A stretch of 64,000 nt of DNA, taken from the NCBI GenBank assembly GCA_001687465.1, contig LVLI01000279.1, positions 1 through 64,000 of the forward strand. The letters run 5' to 3'. Shown one piece after another: positions 1-10,631 of this stretch. Each line of letters opens with the position of its first letter. Position 1 is the first letter of the stretch. The notes beneath the pieces were generated by a model. It was not told the DNA's origin. It saw only the letters and a list, made by a program, of their open reading frames with translations, and made no database searches. The position numbers and the translations under genes were made by a program. The stretch is from Halocafeteria seosinensis (Eukaryota).

Positions 1-470
1 ACCCTGCTGTATGTGCTCCAGACTACACGTATAATAGCGAGGACTCCCTCTCCCGTATATTGCGCGGGCAAACTCACGCTGAGAATTGTCGCAGTGGCCT
101 GTTGGTCCTGTCGTGTACCCCGTTCCTGTTTTGCTGTCTTCAAGTACTATGATCTACCAATGACGACAGTGTACGTGTGTATTAGTAATGCTTCGACCGG
201 AAAAAACCTAAGTTAGTCTTTTATCAAAATTGCTCCTACTGCGGCAAAATCTAAGCTAGTCTTTCTTCAGTTCCATATTGATGGATTCTCTTTTTTCTTC
301 ATCATCGTCGTCCTCATGAAGGAAATACTCGTCCGCTGTACTAGCGGCCGCTTTCCGGCGCTTATAGATGCACGTACCCAAGCCGATAATCAGGAGCAGT
401 CCAAGTACGCCTCCTACTACACCACCTGCAATGGCTCCAGTGTGCTGGTTTGAGTTGTTGCCATGGTGTC
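1..470. repeat. Direct repeat of 2878-~3350 (3' flank plus TM/tail-coding end of the mucin-like genes), offset ~2877 bp
   Basis: Positions 1-150 are identical to 2878-3027; 151-470 differ from the second copy only by scattered substitutions and a small indel. The copy at the window edge is truncated. Confidence 0.95.
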
Positions 471-2526
471 CGGGATTTGGTTTAGGAGAGATACTAGAAG
501 CCGAACCGGATGTTGACGGTGACTCTGATGTAGAAGGACTTGCCGGCTGTGAAGGAGGATAAGAGGGGTTTACAGAGCGACTTGGTCCCGATGGAGGATA
601 CGAAGGTGTGGCCGAAGACGAAGACGAAGCACTCACTGAGCGACTTGGTCTCGAAGGAGAATACGAAGGTGTGGCCGAAGACGAAGACGAAGCACTCACT
701 GAGCGACTTGGCCTCGAAGGAGAATACGAAGGTGTGGCCGAAGAGGTAGACGAAGCACTCGCAGAGCGACTTGGGATCGGAGAGGACGAATAAGAAGCAT
801 TCACCGAACGGCTAGGTGTGATCGAAGAGGAATATGAAGCATTCACCGAACGGCTAGGCGTGATCGAAGAGGAATATGAAGCGTTCACAGAGCGACTCGG
901 TGTCGGAGAAGCAGAATAAGAGGAATTCACCGAACGACTAGATGTGATCGAAGGCGTACCACTTGGGGAAGGGGTCGTTGGCGCTGATCCACTCATTGAT
1001 GGAGTGACATCTGGCGTACCGCTTGTCGAAGGCGTGACTGAGGGTGTACCACTCACAGACGGTGTCACCGACGGCGTACCTGTCGTAGAGGGGCTATTGG
1101 AAGGAGTCCCGCTAACAGAGGGAGTGACAGATAGGGTTCCAGTGGTTGAAGGAGTATAGGACGGCGTCACGCTCGCGGATGGAGAGTTCGAGGGAGTCAC
1201 ACTGGCAGAAGGGGAATTGGAGGGAGTACCAGTTGAGGAAGGGGTGTTAGAGGGAGTAACGCTCGGAGACGGAGTACCAGATGGAGTTACACTGCTTGAA
1301 GGAGTGCCACTTGGCGTCCCTGTAGGGGTCATAGTACCTGTCCCACTTCCAGATGGCGTCATCGAATTCGAGCCTGTCATTGAAGGCGTATAACTAGGAG
1401 TAGGGGTAAACGATGGAGTCACACTGCTTGTAGGAGTCCCCGAAGGAGTTCCAGTCGTAGAAGGGGTGCTTGCAGGCGTTCCAGTAGTCGTCCCGGTGGT
1501 CGATGCACTGCTAGACGGCGTCCCCGTGCTAGAACTTGTCTCAGAAGGTGTCGCCGTTTCAGAAGGACTCGAGGAGGGACTACCGGTGTTCGACGGGGAG
1601 CTTGTCATGGAGGCAGTATTTGACGGGGTACCGGACGTTGAAGGTGTTCCACTCGACGACCCAGTCACACTTGGAGTAACAGAGGGGCTCGCAGAAGATG
1701 ACGGTGTAATTGTGGTTGATGCCGTCACGCTTGAAGAGGCCGAAGGAGTTTCTGAAGGTGTCTCTGTAACAGACGCGGTAACGCTTGGAGAGGCACTCTC
1801 AGACGGAGTATGGCTGGGAGAAGCGGTTTCAGAAGGACTGACGCTGGGAGAAGCGGTTTCAGAAGGACTGACGCTGGGACTAGGCGTGGGTGTTACCCCA
1901 TCTTCCAATAGATTCCTCACGTTATCGAGACTTTCTTCTTCCCGTTCATCGTTTCCATCCAGAGTAAAGGCCACATCAACGTGAACGCGGATATCCTGAG
2001 GAGTCTTGAGTTCCATCAAGATTTCTTGGAAGCTGAGTGACACCGGAAAACAAGGCTTTAAGAATACAACATAGGAGCTATTCCATAGAGCAAACTTACT
2101 TCCCAATGTATCCACTCTTAGGAGCCATGATTTGATTCTTGGGCATACTACCGCAAGAGGGTGGTCCTTGCAAAAACATGCACATAGTGATGTTAAGGTC
2201 CTTTCCTTCTCGGGGGTTTTCCGGGGTCCACTGAATCCTTGATACAGCAGCATGTCGCTTCTGAACCGGTACGTAGACTCTTCTGGCACGATTGGCAGGA
2301 AGATCAACGAGTTGACGATGAGATTTCTGGTTGTTAGCTAGCTGCAGGGCAACAACAATTAAAGGGCACAAAATCTTCAGGTTCGGTGGAGAAACTGCTT
2401 CAACACACGTCAGGTATTACCACATACAGTGCGTTCGTCTTCACCAGAGACAATTCCTGGGGCGGCAAGCAATAGTGCAAGGGCTATCCCAAGCACGGCA
2501 ACGATTGGACTTGTGCGAGAAACCAT
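256..2526 (-). CDS. Type-I membrane mucin-like protein, array gene 1 (signal peptide, ~110-aa head domain, Ser/Thr/Pro stalk, TM, acidic tail); 3 exons
   Basis: ATG at 2526 (MVSRTSPIVAVLGIALALLLAAPGIVSG); phase-0 intron gtatgt...ctgcag; exon 2 LANNQK...SGYIG; phase-2 intron gtaagt...actcag; exon 3 is the long ORF with S/T/P stalk, TM AIAGGVVGGVLGLLLIIGLGTCIY and tail ending ELKKD at 256. Confidence 0.85.
560..945. repeat. Coding tandem repeats in gene 1: ~3 x 63 bp (RSVSASSSSSATPSYSPSRPS) and ~4 x 42 bp (RSVNASYSSSITPS)
   Basis: Unit periodicity is visible in DNA (e.g. tacgaaggtg at 599 and 662) and in the translation. Confidence 0.9.
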
Positions 2527-3131
2527 TTTTCCTTGATGAAAATGGGCTGCGCCTGGAGGCTCGCGAGGCGAAGGGGGTGAACTTTTCCCACGGGTGGAAA
2601 AAAGAGAAAGCAGATTGGAAACGGACTTCCTCTGCTTGCTTTCTATTCTTCTTTTTCCTCCGTGTATGTGTACACGAGAGGATATCCTACAGAATGCGGG
2701 TCTGAAGCAACAAATCCTGGGGTATCGGAGAGTGTCACTTCCGGCGGATCCATCAAGGTCGCATCGATTGTCCCCCTGGTCGCACGAAGCATCTGACCCG
2801 CGGGCCGCGGCGGACTCTCCGGCGGACTCTCCGTTGGCTGGCTCTCTTCGAACGTTCGGCGACGCCGATACCACTTTACCCTGCTGTATGTGCTCCAGAC
2901 TACACGTATAATAGCGAGGACTCCCTCTCCCGTATATTGCGCGGGCAAACTCACGCTGAGAATTGTCGCAGTGGCCTGTTGGTCCTGTCGTGTACCCCGT
3001 TCCTGTTTTGCTGTCTTCAAGTACTATCATCTACCAATGACGGCAGTGTACGTGTGTATTAGTATTGCTCCGAACGGGGAAAACCTAAGCTAATCTTTTA
3101 TCAGTATTGCTCCTAGCGGGTAAAATCTAAG

Positions 3132-5630
3132 CTAGTCTTTCTTCAGTTCCATATTGATGGATTCTCTTTTTTCCTCATCATCGTCGTCCTCATGAAGGAA
3201 ATACTCGTCTGCTGTACTAGCAGCCGCTTTCCGGCGCTTATAAATGCACGTACCCAGACCGATAATCAGGAGCAGTCCAAGTACGCCTCCTACCACACCA
3301 CCCGCAATGGCTCCAGTATGCTGGTTTGAGCTGTTGCCATGGTGTCCCGGGGGTTCAGGAGCGTTCGAACTTGAAGAATTTGAAGCGGATGCTGACGGTG
3401 ATCCAGTTGAAGAAGGACTTTCAGACACGACAGGAGAATATGACGCATTCACAGAGCTACTCGCACTTGCACTTGGTGTAATCGAGGGAGAATACGAGAC
3501 GTTCCCAATGCTACTCCCAGTTGGTGAAATCGAGGGAGAATACGAGACGTTCACAATGCTACTCCCAGTTGGTGAAATCGAGGGAGAATACGAGACGTTC
3601 ACGAAGCTACTCACACTTGGTGAAATCGAGGGAGAATACGAGACATTCACGATGCTACTCGCACTTGGTGTAATCGAGGGGGAATAAGAGACATTTACGG
3701 AGGGAGCCGCTGAGGTTGTGATTGAAGGAGAATAAGATGCGTTCGCAAAGCTACTTGCACTCGGTGAAATCGAAGGAGAACACGAGCCATTCACGGAGCG
3801 AGCCGATGTGGGTGTGATTGAAGAAGAAGACGAGGCATTCACGGATCGAGCCGGTGGGGGTGTGATCGACGGAGAAGACGAGACGTTCACGGAGCGAGCC
3901 GGTGGGGGTGTGATCGAAGGAGAACGCGAGGCATTCACGGAGCGACTAGGTGTGGTCGAAGGCGTACCACTTGGGGAAGGGGTCGTTGGCGCTGATCCAC
4001 TCGCTGATGGAGTGACATCTGGCGTACCGCTGGTCGAAGGCGTGACTGAGGGTGTACCACTCACGGACGGTGTCACTGACGGCGTACCTGTCGTGGAGGG
4101 ACTATTGGAAGGAGTCCCGCTAACAGAGGGAGTGACAAATGAGGTTCCAGTGGTTGAAGGAGTATGGGACGGCGTCACGCTCGCGGATGGAGAGTTCGAG
4201 GGAGTCACACTGGCAGAAGGGGAATTGGAGGGAGTACCAGTTGAGGAAGGGGTGTTAGAGGGTGTAACGCTCGTAGACGGAGTACCAGATGGAGTTACAC
4301 TGCTTGAAGGAGTGCTACTTGGCGTCCCTGTAGGGGTCATAGTACCAGTCCCACTTCCAGATGGCGTCATCGAATTCGAACTTGTCATTGAAGGCGTATA
4401 ACTAGGAGTGGGGGTAAACGATGGAGTCACACTGTTTGTGGGAGTTCCAGTCGTAGAAGGGGTATTGGTAGGTGAAACTGTATTTGAAGGAGTACTCGAG
4501 GGCGTTCCAGTAGCCGTTCCGGTGGTCGATGCACTGCTAGACGGCGTCCCCGTGCTAGAACTTGTCTCAGAAGGTGTCGCCGTTTCAGAAGGACTCAAGG
4601 AGGGACTACCGGTGTTCGACGGGGAGCTTGTCATGGAGGCAGTATTTGACGGGGTACCGGACGTTGAAGGTGTTCCACTCGACGACCCAGTCACACTTGG
4701 GGTAGCAGAGGGGCTGGCGGAAGATGACGGTGTAATTGTGGTTGATGCCGTCACGCTTGAAGAGGCCGAAGGAGTTTCTGAAGGTGTCTCTGTAACAGAC
4801 GCGGAAACCGATGGCAATACTGTTTCAGAGGCGGTAGCGCTTGGAGAAGCGGTTTCAGAGGGCGTGCCACTAGGAGGACTCACGCTTGGACAGGGTGTAG
4901 GTGTCGAAGAAGAGTACGACGCATTTACCGAACGGCTAGGTATGGCCGAATAGGACGCATTCGTGGACAGGAAGTGCGTAGCTGAGTTCCGAAGGGGAAA
5001 CGGCGATGGATCGTCCAGCGTTCTCGTATGCGAAGTACAAGGCGTCGGAAACCGTACAATAACGTTCACAGGAGTTGTAGCTGTACTTTTGAGGCTCACA
5101 TACACCTTGTCCTTCCTGCAAAACACGCAGAGAGAGAAGTCAGTATGATAGCATCTACCAGTATGGTACAATCGCTGCGGATGACTTACTTTCCGAGGGT
5201 TCTTGTGTATGGAGTGACACCGTTTTCTTCATGCAATTCCGTACAAGCTGCTTCGCCGCCCGCATCTGCCACTGAGACGCAGACACTCACATTGGCGTCT
5301 TTTCTCCCGGCTGTTGCTCTTGAAAGCCATCTGATTTCGGGAGCCGATTCAGTCTCGGGGGGAACTGGTACACTGAAGCGATCAGGAATCCCAGAGTACA
5401 GTTTTGTCTCATAGCGATACGCGCAACCATGAGAATGGGACTGCAACATAGACAATGAAACAATGTCTCCTTCTTCTAACTTGACTTGGTAACCTCGAAG
5501 TAATGCTTACCTGAACTTGCCAAAGTTCTCCAGCTACGGTCAGAGAAGCGGACAGGATACTCACGTATGCAACGATAGCTACTGTACACCCCGGAGCTTG
5601 GTTTCGGTTCCCAAATAGTGCTTTTCCCAT
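3132..5630 (-). CDS. Type-I membrane mucin-like protein, array gene 2; 3 exons
   Basis: MGKALFG...VAIVAYVSILSASLTVAG signal-like N-terminus; phase-0 intron; exon 2 SHSHGCAYRYETKL...TRTLG; phase-2 intron gtaagt...ttgcag; exon 3 with stalk, then TM and tail identical in protein to gene 1. Confidence 0.85.
3430..3950. repeat. Coding tandem repeat in gene 2: ~11 x 48 bp (16-aa unit such as SIVNVSYSPSISPTGS)
   Basis: atcgagggagaatacgagacgttc recurs every 48 bp from 3481; each unit carries an N-x-S sequon. Confidence 0.9.
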
Positions 5631-6735
5631 CTTGCGTCGCTTCTCTTTCTGTATCCGAGTAAGTACTTGTGCGCAATGCTGATGTTCTACGCGAGCCTGT
5701 TCTGCGAAGAAAAGAGGCTGCTTTCAGAAGAAGATCCATGACGCCGAAGTCTCGCTACGAACACCTACGCTTTTGTAGAGCCACAACTATTGTGCGCAAT
5801 CTACGCCGAAAGAATTTAGTGGTTTTGCTCGACGCTTAAACCCTACACTATCTCACTGAAAGACAAATCTGCTTACAAGTCATGTGTTGCGGTGGTGTGA
5901 CTCATCCGACAAATTGTGAGGAAGGCTCAGGGAGGACGAAGAAACCATTCCAAGGTCGCAAGTGGATACGCTTCTTCTCCACTCTGTATTCATGGATGAC
6001 GTCATTTCAGTGGTACGACATTGCCGTCTTTATATACAACGCATGCCAATTGGCTCCGCAATAACCTGCTATAATCCACCAAGGATACGACAGCAGTGTA
6101 CTTTATACGTGGAGTGTGGCCCTTGCGGGAGTCAGACTCAGAGGCTGGGTGCGGCTTCAAGAGTAAGACATTACAACAGTACAACACTCGCTGTAGCATG
6201 CTATATTCATGCATGTGACAGGGCGATACCAGTAGGAAAACATCATGCGTTGATGAGAGATACCGTAGTTGCCTCGCAACGGAGTCTACCGAATCGCGTG
6301 TATATCCGCAGGCCGCACATGCCGATGTGTTTTGTACGCCTGAGTCGGGGAGAGCTCAGCCTTGCACAGTCACACCTGACTCACTGGTGACCTGAGATTG
6401 CTTGCACAAACTCCTTAAGCAGATCCAAGGGAGAGCCCTTCTGGGTTACGAAGTTCAATGCGAACCTCCGCTAGTTACTCTGGACAACAACGGTGGAGTG
6501 ATCGCCTAAATGGAGGTTATTCCCACTCGAGGGGTTGTGGTACATGCGGGATAAGTTCTGGAGAACGCTCTCTTGAAGGTTTCGCTGCTATTTACTCTCG
6601 GTGACAAGTATCAATATATTTTTGGCCTACCAGTGTTTGTGGTTCGCTGCTTGCAGTGCCTTGCACGGCCAAGCAAGAAAGATCAATCTATTTCCCAGAT
6701 TAAGTTAGCACCAGTATACTTACGCTTGTCCTTCA

Positions 6736-6791
6736 TGTAGTAAGTGCTGATCCTCACTACTCTTGTAGTAAGTACTGATCCTCACTACTCT
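6736..6791. repeat. 28-bp tandem duplication spanning the stop codon of array gene 3
   Basis: tgtagtaagtgctgatcctcactactct (6736-6763) followed by tgtagtaagtactgatcctcactactct (6764-6791), 1 mismatch. Confidence 0.95.
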
Positions 6792-8095
6792 TCTTCCGTT
6801 TACAGCACCAGACTGTCAGGCCAACAATCAACAGCAGGCCACCAACACCACCAGCAATTCCGCCTGCTAAAGCAGCGGTGTGGTCATTGTTGTTGCCTGA
6901 TGATCCGTGATGCGTATTTGTAGCTGTGGGACTAGACGAACTCGAAGGCGTCTCACTGGGAGTATAGGGACTCGAAGGCGTCTCACTGGGAGTATAACTC
7001 GGAGAGGGAGTCACACTACTTGTAGAGGAGTACGACGCATTTACGCTTCTAGTCGGACTGACCGTGCTTGCGGGTGTGCCCGTACTAGTCGGAGAGGGAG
7101 GGATCCGAGAATTCGACGCAGAACCCGTTGAGCTCGGCGTTGGAGTAGGGGAATTTCCCGGAGACATTGAATGTGCAGGCGGGGACTTGGTTGCATTCGA
7201 GTTGGCCGGGGACGGCGCAGTTAGAGAGGCACTGATTGTAGCTGTGGGACTAGAGGGCGGCACAGTCACAGAAGAATTGGCAGGGGGTGCCACAGATACC
7301 GAGACAGTGGTATCGGCTGAGGGTGCCACACTAGAACTGCCTGAGGCCATCACAGTTACAGTTACAGTGGCATTGGCTGAAGGTGAAGGAGAAGTGGAAG
7401 CTTTAGCACCTACGCCCCCATAATCGAATACATTCTCCTCTTCTTGGTAATTCATTAGGTTACCTTCCATCTTAGACGCCAGTGCCCGCCGGAATACAGT
7501 ATCTACGTTGATGTTGATCCCCTTTGTACTTTTCAGTTCCACTCTAAGCTCAGTAGATCTGTTACCGCAAGCAAAGGAACAGGAAGCTTTGCATGAATGA
7601 CCACCGAAGCGCCTCAATACAGAACTACCAACAAGAACTACTTACCCTCCAAACGTCCCTAAGTTTGGGATGACGCTCTGCCCCTTGGTTACACTTCCAC
7701 AGGATATGTCATGAGCCGTCTTAGCTTTGTCTGAAAACATGCACACAGTTATGTTTAAATCCTTGCCATCCGTGGGATCCACCGGGAACCATTCCACCTC
7801 TGGGACAACAGCGTGTTTCTGAGGAATCTGGACAGTAATTTGTCCTGGACGTCCGGCATAGAGTTGAATGCTGTTGCGGTACGACTTGACAATCGAGTAA
7901 TACTGCATTATTGCAAGCCAACAAGTTGACGAACTGAAATCAAGGAGCACCTAGATACGGAATATGACTTACTTGCTGGGGATTCTCGCCAACGGCTTGA
8001 TGAGGAGCTCCCAGGACGAATGCCAAGGCTCCGGCGAGTGCAGCCACCATGGACACCATGGCATATGACATGGGATTCGGATTTCCTTTGCTCAT
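6757..8095 (-). CDS. Type-I membrane mucin-like protein, array gene 3 (short stalk); 3 exons
   Basis: MSKGNPNPMSYAMVSMVAALAGALAFVLG signal; phase-0 intron gtaagt...atgcag; exon 2 YYSIVKS...GKDLNITVCMF...SCGS...GTFG; phase-2 intron; exon 3 STELRVELKS..., TM ALAGGIAGGVGGLLLIVGLTVWCC, tail KRKKSSEDQYLLQE. Confidence 0.85.
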
Positions 8096-8568
8096 TGTAG
8101 GATCTTTGGGGTGAATGAACTCTGCAATACGAACTTGTGCCACGATGGATACCAAGATAGAACAAATCTGGGATGCGTACCTCGCAAAGCGTTGAGATAG
8201 CAACGAGGGAGCAAACGGTCTAACTCCTCTCTCTGTGTCTCTGGGATTGCTTCCGATAGTATATAGGGACAATACACTTCATGCGGCCGAATAATCCATT
8301 GTTGTTCTGGAATCTCGTTCAAACAGGGATTGGATATACCCCGGCAGTGACTCGTCCCCTGGGATTCCCCCCTACAAGGTGTCCGCTGCCTTTGTCCTCC
8401 CTCCCCACAGATTTCCACTCTTCTCGTCCGGGCCCGCATCCCAAGATGTGAAGTAGCCCGGGCTTGGGGCCCGGATAGTTGGTGAGTCAAGAATTGTAAA
8501 TGAGAGAGTCTCAGAGAGACTGACCACAGAGCCGAATTCGGTCTATTCTTGGAAGCCCCTATGCGATA

Positions 8569-10200
8569 CTAATCGTTATGCTCAACAAGTTCAAACAGTT
8601 CATGGCTGTCGGCATACGGAGTACTACGCCGTCTGCAGTAGACTACCAGTGCGATAATGATACCTAACGCTACCGCCGCTGCGATAGTACCTCCCACAAT
8701 GGCACCGGTATTACCACTACCACCTCCGCCACCAGCGTTATTTCCTCCTCCGCCGGAATTTTTGGAAGGACTAGAAGATGGACTCGTTTCGGGTGACGAA
8801 CTTGCGGATGGGATAGGGCGTGTCGGACTACTACTGCCAGTGGTAGAGGGACTGGATTCCGGTGTCTGTGAAGGAGAAGCGGAAATCTGAACAGGGCTAG
8901 CAGAGCTCTCCGAAGGAGATGCGTTCCCAGGAGTTACGGAAGGTGGTGGAGGAGTGTGACTCTGCGAAGGCGCTAGGCTAGCAGTGCTGTTAACATAAGG
9001 GGTTCCCGAAGGACTACCTTCCGCAGAAGGCGCCACAGAACTACTACGACTGATCGACGGCGTGGCAGATCCAGATGAGCTTTGTGAAGGTGTTATAAAG
9101 CCCGTGCAACTCCTAGACGGGGTACTCGACTGGCTCTGACTTTGAGAAGGGGTAACGGAGGGGCTTCCAGTTTGAGACGGTGTCACGGAGGGGCTTCCAG
9201 TTTGAGACGGTGTCACGGAGGGGCTTCCAGTTTGAGACGGTGTCACGGAGCTACTGCCAGTAGTCGACGGAGTTATAGAAGGACTTTCACTTTGAGACGG
9301 TGTTACGGAGCTAGTGGCGCTGTTCGATGGTGTCATGGAAGGACTATATTTCGTTGGGGTCACCGAAGCTGTGGCACTGCCCGAGCTGGTCGTGCTGCCG
9401 GATGGAGTTGCCGACGGACTGGAGGTTTGAGACGGCGTCACCGATCCCGTAGAGTTGGCAGTGCCAGAGACTGTAGGACTGCTTGTGGGTGTAGGAGTGC
9501 TAGACGAACGTTGCTCTAACCGCCGCGAGGCCGAGCCATCGACGCCCATGTTGTCATAACTCCCCAGCAGCAAGGCAATATGTATGTCAACTGTTACAGG
9601 GCTTTTTAATTCAACCCTAAGAATCGTGGATCTGCAATGAGAAAATGTACTCCATTTCAAAGCCGATATAGACCGCGAACCAACGTGTAGAAGATCTCCT
9701 TACCTAGATACCCGACTCAAGCGAGGTACATCTCGTGGAGATCTTTTAGGTACACTCTGGCACTGTTCGGCGCTCAAACTAGATAGCTTCTCATCAATAA
9801 ACGACATACAGACCGTAATATTGGCATCGATTTCCTTAATGGATGATAATGAATCCCACCAAATTCGAGGACTCGGCCTGTAGCTCGCAGCTTTTGCTGG
9901 AATTGCAAATCGTTTCGCCTGGTTGGCTATCAGCTTCACATTCTTCTCGTAAAGCGCCCTTCCATCGACCCATCGAACTTCATTTTCTATGGCCTGTAAT
10001 GGATATCAAGACAGTCGTGGCGCAAGAGAGCAAGTGGTCCAGGGAAATGTTCCTTCGAGACTTACCCTCTGAGAACCCGACGCCACATTCTCGCTGGCGG
10101 CGGGGATTGCACACGTCATTGTCGCCGCAAGAACGCCGGTAAATGCCATTAGAATGCCCAACGCATTCATCGACGGGAAAGCAGCCGTGGAGGATGGCAT
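8569..10200 (-). CDS. Type-I membrane mucin-like protein, array gene 4; 3 exons
   Basis: MPSSTAAFPSMNALGILMAFTGVLAATMTCA signal; phase-0 intron gtaagt...ttacag; exon 2 AIENEVRW...DANITVCMSF...QC; phase-2 intron gtaagg...ttgcag; exon 3 STILRVELKS..., 30-bp SPSVTPSQTG repeats (~9140-9250), TM AIVGGTIAAAVALGIIIALVVYC. Confidence 0.85.
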
Positions 10201-10631
10201 GGTAAATATTTGTACAAGTACAAGAGGCAATGAATATCTTGCCAACTGGACCCGCAGCCCCTCTATCACGTGGACAGCTTCCGCCCCCACTAATCAACAG
10301 AGAAAAGATACAAGCTTCAATTTTCTATCCCATACTCGAGCCATGAACTGGGAAAAGGGAATACAACCACGATATCGGTCTATGTTCTGCCGCAGAGGCT
10401 TTGTGAAGCTGGAGGAGAACTCAGGAATTCCACCTCCTAACTTACGAGTTGTAAGTCTAAGTCGGATGAACCAGTTTAGAAAACGGACACAGAGGAAAGA
10501 GTAGTATTAGTTTCTCATACTACGTGACGAGGTAGCTTTTTTCTTAATTAATGTGAATTCTTACTACCTGCCTGGAGTCCTGGGGGTCGGATATGAAATT
10601 CAAATGATACGCACCAAATCTAGAAAAAAAT

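Noticed and set aside
256..270. C-terminal KKD as a dilysine ER-retrieval signal
   Set aside because: Lysines are at -3/-2, not the canonical -4/-3 or -5/-3 positions.
3430..3950. Regularly spaced repeats (also 16187-16334) as a CRISPR array
   Set aside because: Units are contiguous, multiples of 3, in-frame coding, with no unique spacers or cas genes; eukaryotic context.
5836..5846. taaaccct-like motifs (also ~15407, ~27654) as telomeric repeats or telomerase template
   Set aside because: Isolated single occurrences, not tandem, with no supporting structure.
368..9519. Long plus-strand V/G/E-rich ORFs opposite the mucin genes
   Set aside because: Antisense shadows of stop-poor Ser/Thr/Pro repeats; no independent coding signal.
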